64,000 bases of DNA from Gemmatimonadota bacterium (GTDB taxonomy: Bacteria > Gemmatimonadota > Gemmatimonadetes > Palauibacterales > Palauibacteraceae), in the NCBI GenBank assembly GCA_965116475.1, contig OZ220691.1, positions 448,001 to 512,000 of the forward strand, written 5' to 3'. Both the position numbers and the translations under genes were made by a program. Under the pieces are notes generated by a model that did not search any database, was not told the origin of the DNA, and saw only the letters and a program-made list of their open reading frames with translations. This document shows, in pieces, positions 38,576 to 46,669 of the stretch (the stretch's first letter is position 1; each line of letters starts with the position of its first letter).

Positions 38576-39634
38576 TCAGGCGCGGCGGGCGAAGCTCCAG
38601 CCGGCGTCGGCCAGCATGGGCGCCTTGGCGCCGACCTCCAGCGCGTTCCGCGAACTCGCGTTGCCCTGGAGCGCCCGCGCGTACACGCCCTGGCAGATCG
38701 AGGCGAGCCGGAAGAGGCCGAAGGCCATGAAGAACTCCCAGTCCGGCACCCCGTCCCGCCCCGTCCTGCGGCAGTACGCGGCCACGTACTCCTCCTCCGG
38801 CGGAATCCCCAGCGCCTCGCAGTCGATCTCCCCCAGCCCCTTCCACAGGGGCCCCTCGGGCAGGTGGTACGTCATGCAGTTGTAGGCGAGGTCGGCCAGC
38901 GGATGGCCCAGCGTCGACAACTCCCAGTCCACGATCGCCAGCACCCGCGGCTCCGTCGGGTGCAGTATCATGTTGTCGAGCCGGTAGTCGCCGTGCGCGA
39001 TCGTCGTCTCCTCTTCCGACGCGTCGCTGCCGGGGACGTGCGCGGGGAGCCACTCGACGAGCGCCTCCATGGCCGGAATCGGGTCCGTCCGGGCCGCTTC
39101 GTACTGCCTCGTCCAGAGGGAGATCTGCCGCGCGAGGTAGTGCGACGGTTTTCCGTAGTCCCCCAGGCCGACGGCCGCCCAGTCCACCGCATGGAGCCGC
39201 GCCAGAGACTCGTTCATCGCGTCGTAGATCGCCGCCCGTTCCGCCGGAGAATCGACCTCGGGCAGCCCCGGAGCCGACGGCACCCGCCCTTCCACGTGCT
39301 CCATGACGAAGAACGCCTGCCCGATCACGCCGGGGTCCTCGCACAGGTGGATCATGGCCGGCACGGGCACGCCGGTGTCCGCGAGCGCCTTCATCACCCG
39401 GTACTCGCGCTCGATGAGATGGGCGGAAGGGAGAAGATCGCCCGGCGGCTTCTTCCTCAGCACGAAGTACCGCCCGCCCGCTTCGAGCCGATAGGTGGGA
39501 TTCGACTGCCCGCCCTGGTACTGAAGCGCCGTCAGCCCGCTTCCGAACTCCCGCAGCCCGCAAGCGCACAGGTAGTCCGCGAGCCGCTGCTCGTCGAAAC
39601 GGTGCGTCTCCGTAACAGGTCCCAACGTGGCCAA
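38576..39634 (-). CDS. APH/choline-kinase-family phosphotransferase (ACAD10/11 kinase / LvaA-like)
   Basis: GGQSNPTY, VLRKKPPG.LLPSAH..REYRV, HGDYRLDN, DWELSTLGHPLADLAY; TTG start after GGAGA. Confidence 0.9.
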   Translation of the reverse strand: MATLGPVTETHRFDEQRLADYLCACGLREFGSGLTALQYQGGQSNPTYRLEAGGRYFVLRKKPPGDLLPSAHLIEREYRVMKALADTGVPVPAMIHLCEDPGVIGQAFFVMEHVEGRVPSAPGLPEVDSPAERAAIYDAMNESLARLHAVDWAAVGLGDYGKPSHYLARQISLWTRQYEAARTDPIPAMEALVEWLPAHVPGSDASEEETTIAHGDYRLDNMILHPTEPRVLAIVDWELSTLGHPLADLAYNCMTYHLPEGPLWKGLGEIDCEALGIPPEEEYVAAYCRRTGRDGVPDWEFFMAFGLFRLASICQGVYARALQGNASSRNALEVGAKAPMLADAGWSFARRA

Positions 39635-39661
39635 CGTGTGTCTCCGTCCGGACGGGCCGAT

Positions 39662-40150
39662 TCAGAGGATGATGCTCACCGCTCCGTGCCAGGCGAGGTC
39701 TTCGAGGTCGAGCACCGCGCGCCGGTACGCGATCCTCAAATCTCCGCCATCCCTCCGGAGGAGGTACTCGATGGCGCCGACGTAGGGCGCCCCCTCGCCG
39801 CTCCGGAACCGGTAGACCAGGAAGTTCGCCGAAACCCGGAGTTCACCGTCGACGGCCTCCTCGACCCTCACGTTCGAGACGAACCGGCGCGTCCGCGACC
39901 GCGGAGACTCGCGGTGGGAATGTCGGCTGTTCAGCCGAGCCACCCGGGCACGCAGGCGGATGATGTCGTCGTCGATGAAGACGAGGTCGCGTTCGGGATC
40001 GCCTTCCGGCAGGTCCGTGGAGGGCACCACGTACCGGGCGTCGTCCGTGAACAGGTCGAGCCACTCCTCCAGCCTCCATTCGTCCAGGAGTGCCGCCTCC
40101 CGGAACAGGAACGCCTCCACCTCATTCCGCAGGCTACCGGTCCTGGACAT
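39662..40150 (-). CDS. Aromatic-ring-hydroxylating dioxygenase beta subunit
   Basis: FLFREAALLDEWRLEEWL, ESPRSRTRRFVSNV, NFLVYR, IAYRRAVLD. Confidence 0.9.
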   Translation of the reverse strand: MSRTGSLRNEVEAFLFREAALLDEWRLEEWLDLFTDDARYVVPSTDLPEGDPERDLVFIDDDIIRLRARVARLNSRHSHRESPRSRTRRFVSNVRVEEAVDGELRVSANFLVYRFRSGEGAPYVGAIEYLLRRDGGDLRIAYRRAVLDLEDLAWHGAVSIIL

Positions 40151-41417
40151 TGGTCCGGTCCCGGCCCTGCATGTGGGCGTGCCACTGCCGCCAGAATCCC
40201 CGCATTTGCAGTTCGTCCGACGTGCCCGGGCAGGGGTTCAGCATGCCCCGCGAGATGTCGGACCACTCGGCTTCCGTGGCGCGGAAACCGGCCTGACACG
40301 ATTCGAGGACCTCCACGTCGTCCGGCGTGGCGAAGCCGCCCGGTCCGAGGAAGGTCAGGTAACTGTCGAGCCGGGTTGCCAGCGCGGGGCCCGACTCCTC
40401 CCTGGGCACGAGATGCCAGGCGGTGACCTCCATGCTGTCCGGCGCCACCGGTTCGATATACCGGATGCTGATGGCCACGAAGTCCATGATCAGCAGGTTG
40501 GGATAGATGAGGAGGTTTCGAGACGTGTCGGCCATCCGGTAGGTGCGCTCTTCGCCGTACTTCTGCACCAGCCGCCGGCGCACCCGCGAAATGCGCTCCC
40601 TCGCCTCCTCGCCGAAGATGGGGTGCCAGCGGGCGATGGGACGGCCGTTCCGGGATATGTTCTCCGACACGCAGTGGCCGCCGCCCAGGGCCTTCGCGAC
40701 GCCGGGCGGACGGGCGGACACGGTGTCTCCACTGTCGTCCGTCCCGAAGCCGGCGATGTAGTCCACGTAGGTTCGATGGGTCGGGACGAGGTGGTATCCG
40801 TCGAGGCTGTTCTCGGCCAGCAGCTTCCAGTTGGCCTTGATCGTGTACCTGTTGGAACCGGGAACGACCCGCATGCCCTCCTCGGCCTGGTCGACGACCA
40901 GATCGAGGTAGTCTCTGGCCCCCGCCAGGTAGGTGACCAGATCTTCGACGTTCGGGTTGAAGCTCACGAAATGGAAGCCCCGGTAGCTGTCGACTCTGGG
41001 TGGCTCCTTCAGGCAGAACTCTGTCCGGTCGAAGTCGGGGCCGTAGGCATCTTCCCCGGGGACGCCGATCAGATCGCCCTTCGTATTGAAGGACCAGGCG
41101 TGATAGAAGCACTGCAGCACGCCGGCATTCCCGGCGTCGCGGCGGCAGATCTGAGCGCCCCGATGCGGACAGGAGTTGAGGAACACGCGAATCTGATCGT
41201 CTTTGCCGCGGATGAAGAACAGCGGCCGACCGGCCACCGTGCGGCGGCGGTAGTCTCCGGGGGCCTCCACTTCCGATTCGTGCCCCAGGTAGATCCAGCA
41301 GCGATCGAGAATTCGTTCCCGTTCCCGCCGGAACAGATCGGCGGACGTCATGCACGACCGGTGAACCCTGAAAACCCCGCGGTCCCGGTCGTCGACGATC
41401 AGGTCCTTGATGTCCAC
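40134..41417 (-). CDS. Rieske non-heme iron oxygenase alpha subunit (benzoate/p-cumate group-like)
   Basis: Rieske ligands CPHRG...CFYHAW; mononuclear iron NWKLLAENSLDGYHLVPTH and DDVEVLESCQ; E..MRGFW. Confidence 0.92.
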   Translation of the reverse strand: MDIKDLIVDDRDRGVFRVHRSCMTSADLFRRERERILDRCWIYLGHESEVEAPGDYRRRTVAGRPLFFIRGKDDQIRVFLNSCPHRGAQICRRDAGNAGVLQCFYHAWSFNTKGDLIGVPGEDAYGPDFDRTEFCLKEPPRVDSYRGFHFVSFNPNVEDLVTYLAGARDYLDLVVDQAEEGMRVVPGSNRYTIKANWKLLAENSLDGYHLVPTHRTYVDYIAGFGTDDSGDTVSARPPGVAKALGGGHCVSENISRNGRPIARWHPIFGEEARERISRVRRRLVQKYGEERTYRMADTSRNLLIYPNLLIMDFVAISIRYIEPVAPDSMEVTAWHLVPREESGPALATRLDSYLTFLGPGGFATPDDVEVLESCQAGFRATEAEWSDISRGMLNPCPGTSDELQMRGFWRQWHAHMQGRDRTNVQDR

Positions 41418-41444
41418 CGACAGTTCGCTAGCGGGGATGCCTCG

Positions 41445-41744
41445 CTAGCGGGGACATCCCGTCGTCCAGTCCCACGCGTGAACGTGGCATTCGGCGAATA
41501 CGTCCGCCCTGGCAAAGGGGCTGTCGTCCAGGAACGCGCGCGCCGCCTCGACCGAGGGAGCCTCCATCACGATCAGCCGCCCGACGATGCTCTCGCCGTC
41601 GTCCCCGAGCGTCGGCCCGCCGTGATGCACGACGACATCCGGATGGGCCGGATGGCTGCGGAGATACTCCATGAATGCTCCGCGCGTGTCGTCCCGCGCT
41701 TGCGACACCCCTGACTTATCGGTGATGAATGCAGCGACGTACAT
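41445..41744 (-). CDS. YciI family protein
   Basis: 99 aa; DK...R, GGPTLGDDG...GRLIVMEA, DSPFARADVF; GAGAGG RBS. Confidence 0.75.
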   Translation of the reverse strand: MYVAAFITDKSGVSQARDDTRGAFMEYLRSHPAHPDVVVHHGGPTLGDDGESIVGRLIVMEAPSVEAARAFLDDSPFARADVFAECHVHAWDWTTGCPR

Positions 41745-41851
41745 GGACGCACCTCTCTCGCCTGTGTCCCATTACGGTTGGTATCCCACCTCACAGGCCG
41801 TCAAGCTGCGGTCCCGGTTGGGGTCACGCAACGCTCCGGGAGCGGCGACCC

Positions 41852-43873
41852 TTACTGGCTTCGGTACTGGCTTCGGAGGGCCTCGATGCGGCGCGCGACG
41901 CCCTCTTCGTAGCCGGATTCGACGAAACCCCCGCGCTTGAACTGAATGAACCCCGCCTGATCCAGGTAGAACGTCGTCGGGTAGCCGAGGACCTCGTAAT
42001 CGAGGGCGAGGCCCTGTTCGTCGAACAGGACCGGGAACGTGAAGCCGCCTTCCTCGATCTGGGCGGCGACCTCGTCCCGCGGCGACCCCGCCGTGGCGAC
42101 GGTGAGGAACACCACATCCTCGTCGTCCTCGTACGTCTTCAGGAGCTCGACGAAGTGCGGGAACTCCTCGATGCAGGGGCCGCACCACGTCGCCCAGAAC
42201 TTGAGCACGACGATCTTCCCCTCGAGGTCGCTCAGCCGCCACTCGAACCCGTTCTGGTCCGCGATCGCGAACTCCGGCGCCTCGCGCTCGATGCGCTCGC
42301 CGAGTTCGCGCCGTTCCAACTCCTCCTCCACGACGGGGCGCCGCGCCGCGAGCCGCTCCTCGACCGTCTCGGGGGACAGGTCAGCCGCCGCGGCCGCTTC
42401 GTCCGCCAGGGCGCGGAACGCGGACCCGCCGAACGCGATCGCCTCGACGAAGACATCCAGCGCCTCCGCCGGCCGGTCCGTGCGGAGGAGATGGCGCCCG
42501 TACGCGCCCAGCGTGGTGGCGTCCCTCGACTCGTGCACGACCTGTTCCAGAAGCTCGCCCGCCGCCTCGATCTCCCCGAGCTGCGTGAGCGCGCGAGCCT
42601 GGAGGATGCGGGCGATGTCGATCCCGTCCTGCCGCGACCTCTCCCGCGCATCGCCCTGGAGGCCGGGGTACAGGTATCCGGGGCTGTGGGCGCGGAGGTT
42701 CTCCTCCATCGTGAGCGCCTCCTCGAGAACGGCCTGCGGCTCGATCCCGAAGTAGAGCAGACCACGGAGCGTCGAGAACACGCTCTCCCGCCAGCGGACC
42801 GCGTCCATCGAGGCATCGAACAGCTGTCCGGCCACCTCCGGTTCGAGTGGCGAATGCGGTGGTTCGGCCGCAACGGTCGCCGCCCTCCACACCGTCCGGC
42901 TGCTCGGCGCATCACCCGTGATTGAAGCGAGCGCCTGCTGCGTCACGACTGAGTGGTTTCGGTTCACCCACGCGCCGCGGCGCCCGAGATCCCGTGACTT
43001 CAGCCCTTCGGCGACGAGGCGCGACGGCTCGGCCGTATCGTCTTCGTCGGCATCGCCGTACAAGGCCTCCTGGAAGTCGAAGACCAGGTCCCAGTACCGG
43101 GGGTCGTCCGCCAGGTCGCCGCGGTCGGGCGCGGCTTCGAGACGTTCGAGCCAGCGGTCCGCCTCGTCTTCCCGCCGCAGCATGCCGAAGTCGTACCCCG
43201 CCGCGAGCCGGTACAGAACCGGCGCCGCGACATCCGGATCGCCTTCGACCTCGGCGGCGAGCGCGTCGAGGACGGTGCCGATCGAGTCCCTCACGGCCTC
43301 GGCCCGGTCGCCCTCCTCCTGCTCGGCGAGTGCGATGCGGAGCGCCCCCACGGCGTGCAGCAGGATGTGACTGTCCGGCCGCATGGCCTCGACCTCGGCC
43401 AGGATCGCGCTGTATGCGTCGAGTTGTCCGAGGTCCGCCGCCGCCTCCTGCGCCTCGTCGTAGATGACCGGACGGTCCGGAGCGTTGCGGAGCGTTTCCG
43501 GGAGGATCTGCAGGATCTTCTCCGCGTACCTCCGGTCCGTCTCGAAGATGCCGGCCCAGCGAAGATCGTGGATGTAGCCTTCCCAGGCGGCCGAATCGCC
43601 GGGTTCGAGTTCGAGCACGCGCTCCCACGCCTGCGCGGCTTCCGCGTGCAGGCTGAAGTAGCTGGCCAGCTTCGCGTACTGCCGGTGGGCCTCGGCGTCG
43701 TCCGGAGCCCTCGTACGCGCAGAATCGTAGCGAACCATGGCCCGTTCCAGCCGGATGGCCTCCACGTCCGCGGCCGCGTCCGTCATCAGATCCGCGTGCG
43801 GGCGCGCGTCGCCGCACCCCGCGAGAACCGCAGGAACCGCAAGAACCGCGAGACCGGCCCGGGAGAGCGTCAT
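41852..43873 (-). CDS. Lipoprotein with TPR-like repeats and C-terminal TlpA/redoxin domain
   Basis: Lipobox VLAGC; TPR-like helical repeats; KFWATWCGPC and GYPTTFYLD; GAGGTG RBS before ATG 43873. Confidence 0.82.
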   Translation of the reverse strand: MTLSRAGLAVLAVPAVLAGCGDARPHADLMTDAAADVEAIRLERAMVRYDSARTRAPDDAEAHRQYAKLASYFSLHAEAAQAWERVLELEPGDSAAWEGYIHDLRWAGIFETDRRYAEKILQILPETLRNAPDRPVIYDEAQEAAADLGQLDAYSAILAEVEAMRPDSHILLHAVGALRIALAEQEEGDRAEAVRDSIGTVLDALAAEVEGDPDVAAPVLYRLAAGYDFGMLRREDEADRWLERLEAAPDRGDLADDPRYWDLVFDFQEALYGDADEDDTAEPSRLVAEGLKSRDLGRRGAWVNRNHSVVTQQALASITGDAPSSRTVWRAATVAAEPPHSPLEPEVAGQLFDASMDAVRWRESVFSTLRGLLYFGIEPQAVLEEALTMEENLRAHSPGYLYPGLQGDARERSRQDGIDIARILQARALTQLGEIEAAGELLEQVVHESRDATTLGAYGRHLLRTDRPAEALDVFVEAIAFGGSAFRALADEAAAAADLSPETVEERLAARRPVVEEELERRELGERIEREAPEFAIADQNGFEWRLSDLEGKIVVLKFWATWCGPCIEEFPHFVELLKTYEDDEDVVFLTVATAGSPRDEVAAQIEEGGFTFPVLFDEQGLALDYEVLGYPTTFYLDQAGFIQFKRGGFVESGYEEGVARRIEALRSQYRSQ

Positions 43874-44066
43874 ATTCACCTCAAAGCATCGGTTGCGCGC
43901 ATCCGGGACCCGCGCGGATCCCGCGCCGCCAACGTACCGCCGCCGCGCGCATCGCCGACACACTGCCGACACCGAATCCTCGGCTGATGGTTGTCAGCGG
44001 CCCGTCGGTGGCGGAAGGTAGCAGCCCGTGGCAAGACCCCGGAACTCAACGCGAACGGAGGCGTGA

Positions 44067-45572
44067 ATGCCCTCTCCCGTGATCATCGGCGTCGTGGTCG
44101 TCTACCTCCTCTTCCTCCTCGTCATCGGCGTGTGGGGCGGGAAGGAATCGCACGACGTTAAGGGCTACTACGCGGCCGGGAAGAAGCTCCCCTCGTGGGT
44201 CCTCGCCTTCTCCTCCAACGCGACCGGAGAGAGCGCGTGGCTCCTGCTCGGACTCACGGGGATCGGGTATGCGCTCGGCATGCACGCGCTGTGGGTCGTC
44301 CTCGGCGAGGTGCTGGGCGTCGCGCTCGCGTGGGCCTTCGTGGCGCGGCCCTTCAAGGCGTTCACCGACCGCTACGGTTCGATCACCGTCCCCGACTACC
44401 TCGAGGACCGCTTCCGGGACAAGACGCACAGCTTCCGCATCGTCGGAGCGGTCATCGTTCTCTCCATGGTCGCGTTCTACGTGGGCGCGCAGCTCACGGC
44501 GACCGGCAAGGCGTTCGACTCCTTCCTCGGCACCGGCTACGGCGTGGGCGTCGGGCTCGGCCTCGCGGTGGTCCTCTTCTACACCGTCGTGGGCGGATTC
44601 AAGGCGGTCGCATACTCGGACTTCGCCCAGGGCGTGCTCATGTTCGCGTGCCTCCTCGTCCTGCCCTTCGTCGGCATCGGCGCGGTGGGCGGCTGGGGCG
44701 CGCTCATGGACGGGCTGCGGGCGGCCGAGCCGCTCGCCGCCTTCGGGGGACTCCAGGCGTCCGGCGCGGACCTGCTGCGGCTCGGCGGCGGGCTGGGGCT
44801 CACGCCGCTCGGGATCGCGAGCGCGGCCGGGTTCGTGGGCGTCGGCCTCGCCTTCCTCGGCGCCCCGCAACTCCTGGCGCGCTTCCTCGCGGCGCGCGAC
44901 CAGCGCGAGATCCGCAAGGCGGGGCCGGTCGCCGTCGGCTGCATCATCGTGTTCGACATGGGGGCGGTGTTCACCGGGATGGCCGCCCGCGTCCTCTACC
45001 CGGCCCTCGCCGACCCCGAGACGGCGCTCCCCACCATGGCCGCGGGACTCCTGCCCGACCTGTTCACGGGCCTCGTCCTCGTCGTCGTCCTCGCCGCCAT
45101 CATGTCGACCGCCGATTCCCTGCTCATCCTCGCCTCCTCCGCGGCGGTGCGGGACGTCTATCAGAAGATCTTCCGCCCCGACGCCCGGCAGCGGGCGCTC
45201 TCCGTGCTCGGCAAGGCGGTGACGGTCGTGCTCGGCGTGACCGGCCTGCTGCTCGCGCTCACCGCCGAGCGGGCGATCTTCTGGTTCGTCCTCTTCGCCT
45301 GGTCCGGCCTCGCGGCGGCCTTCGCCCCCGTCGTGCTGTGCTCGCTCTTCTGGGCCCGGACCACCCGCGCGGGCGCCCTCGCCGGGATGATCGCCGGCTT
45401 CCTCGTGACGATGCTGTGGGTCGTCCTCTTCAAGGAGGGCTTCTACGACCTGTACGAGATGCTCCCGGGCTTCGCGGCCGGCTTCGCCGTCACGATCGGC
45501 GTGAGCCTCTTCACCCGGCCGCCCGACGGCGCCGCCGAAGAACTCGCCGCCATCCGCCAGGAGATCAGCTAG
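44067..45572 (+). CDS. Sodium:solute symporter (PutP-like)
   Basis: SSNATGESAWLLLG, ITVPDYLEDRF, GGFKAVAYSD, AAIMSTADSLL, AWSGLAAAF. Confidence 0.9.
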   Translation: MPSPVIIGVVVVYLLFLLVIGVWGGKESHDVKGYYAAGKKLPSWVLAFSSNATGESAWLLLGLTGIGYALGMHALWVVLGEVLGVALAWAFVARPFKAFTDRYGSITVPDYLEDRFRDKTHSFRIVGAVIVLSMVAFYVGAQLTATGKAFDSFLGTGYGVGVGLGLAVVLFYTVVGGFKAVAYSDFAQGVLMFACLLVLPFVGIGAVGGWGALMDGLRAAEPLAAFGGLQASGADLLRLGGGLGLTPLGIASAAGFVGVGLAFLGAPQLLARFLAARDQREIRKAGPVAVGCIIVFDMGAVFTGMAARVLYPALADPETALPTMAAGLLPDLFTGLVLVVVLAAIMSTADSLLILASSAAVRDVYQKIFRPDARQRALSVLGKAVTVVLGVTGLLLALTAERAIFWFVLFAWSGLAAAFAPVVLCSLFWARTTRAGALAGMIAGFLVTMLWVVLFKEGFYDLYEMLPGFAAGFAVTIGVSLFTRPPDGAAEELAAIRQEIS

Positions 45573-45576
45573 AAAC

Positions 45577-45605
45577 TTGCCATCCGTATCGCGTTATGCG
45601 ACACT
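45577..45605 (+). promoter_or_regulatory. Sigma70-like promoter with an overlapping palindromic operator
   Basis: TTGCCA-N17-GACACT with extended TG; imperfect palindrome GTATCGC-GTTAT-GCGACAC at 45586-45604. Confidence 0.55.
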
Positions 45606-45649
45606 TTACGGAACACGGTTTTGAGATTCCCCTCGGAGGACGTCAACCA

Positions 45650-46201
45650 GTGACCAAGTCGCCCCCCCGTCACCCAGGGGGATTTGTCAGGACCGAGATC
45701 ATCGAGCCGCGCAACCTGACTGTGGTCGAGACCGCAGCCGCACTCGGCGTCTCTCGTCCTGCTTTGTCGGCCTTCCTCAACGGTCGGTCGGATCTGTCAG
45801 GCACGATGGCGCTGCGTATCGAGAGGGCATTCGGTGTGAAGATGGAGATCCTGATGGAGATGCAGACGGCCTATGATATCGCCCGGATTCGGAGCGCCGG
45901 GGGCGAGACCGGGATCGAAGCTTCCAGGAGACAGGCAGTGCGGGAAACAGGGGTGCCGTACACGGGAGGGGCCCCAGACATCGACGCCTCACTGATGCAA
46001 CGCCTGCGTGAAGAGGCCGCGCGGCGGCAGACCACCGTATCCGAACTTGTGGAGGCGGGAATCAGACGCACGCTGGCTGACCCCGCCGCGGCCGACGCCG
46101 ATTCTGACGCGCTGGAGCCCCTTCCGACTTGGCGTGGTGGCGAGCCTCTGGTCGACATTTCCGATCGCGACGCGCTGTACCGCGTGATGGAAGAGGAGTG
46201 A
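45650..46201 (+). CDS. Chimeric antitoxin: HigA-type XRE HTH fused to a VapB/RHH-like antitoxin
   Basis: GGAGGA RBS and GTG start; PRHPGGFVRTEII...AAALGVSRPALS...MALRIERAFG...QTAYD (HigA), then IDASLMQRLREEAARR..TVSELVEAGIRR..LPTWRGG..VDISDRDALY (VapB-like). Confidence 0.8.
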   Translation: MTKSPPRHPGGFVRTEIIEPRNLTVVETAAALGVSRPALSAFLNGRSDLSGTMALRIERAFGVKMEILMEMQTAYDIARIRSAGGETGIEASRRQAVRETGVPYTGGAPDIDASLMQRLREEAARRQTTVSELVEAGIRRTLADPAAADADSDALEPLPTWRGGEPLVDISDRDALYRVMEEE

Positions 46202-46202
46202 A

Positions 46203-46637
46203 ACGCTGGTCTTCGATACCAATGTGCTTGTGTACGCCGCGAGCGAGACCTCGGAATTCCACATCCCCTGCCGGCGGCAGCTGGACGAAGCGCGCTGCGG
46301 GCCATCACCGGCCTTCCTCACATGGAGCGTCTGCTACGAGTTCCTGCGCGTGACCACTCACCAGCGTGTGATGCCGTCACCTTGGCGACCCGCAGAGGCC
46401 GAGCGCTTTCTTTCGAAGCTTCTGACGTCGATGGGGATCCGCCTGTTGACCGCGACGCCGCGTCACGCGGCGATCCTCGCGCGAACGGTCGAGGAGCTTC
46501 CGGAAATCCGCGGCAACCAGATGCACGATCTGCACACGGCCGTTCTGATGCGCGAGCACGGCATCAGCCGCATATGCACGCGCGATGCGGGTTTTCGCCG
46601 CTTTCCGTTCCTTACGGTGATCGACCCTGCGGCGTGA
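46203..46637 (+). CDS. vapC: VapC (PIN-domain) toxin with a non-canonical start (ACG 46203 or CTG 46206)
   Basis: In frame (T)LVFDTNVLVYA..., YEFLRVTTH, GNQMHDLHTAVLM.EHG...TRDAGF.RF. In-frame TGA at 46185; the first canonical start (GTG 46224) lies after the DTN aspartate. Confidence 0.8.
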   Translation, partial: TLVFDTNVLVYAASETSEFHIPCRRQLDEARCGPSPAFLTWSVCYEFLRVTTHQRVMPSPWRPAEAERFLSKLLTSMGIRLLTATPRHAAILARTVEELPEIRGNQMHDLHTAVLMREHGISRICTRDAGFRRFPFLTVIDPAA

Positions 46638-46669
46638 ACGCCGAGAGAAGCTGCGCGCCGGTGCCGACG

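Noticed and set aside
44195..45649. Apparent 668-aa ORF extending HigA far upstream
   Set aside because: The upstream part is an off-frame overlap of the symporter gene; a promoter, RBS and GTG at 45650 define the real start.
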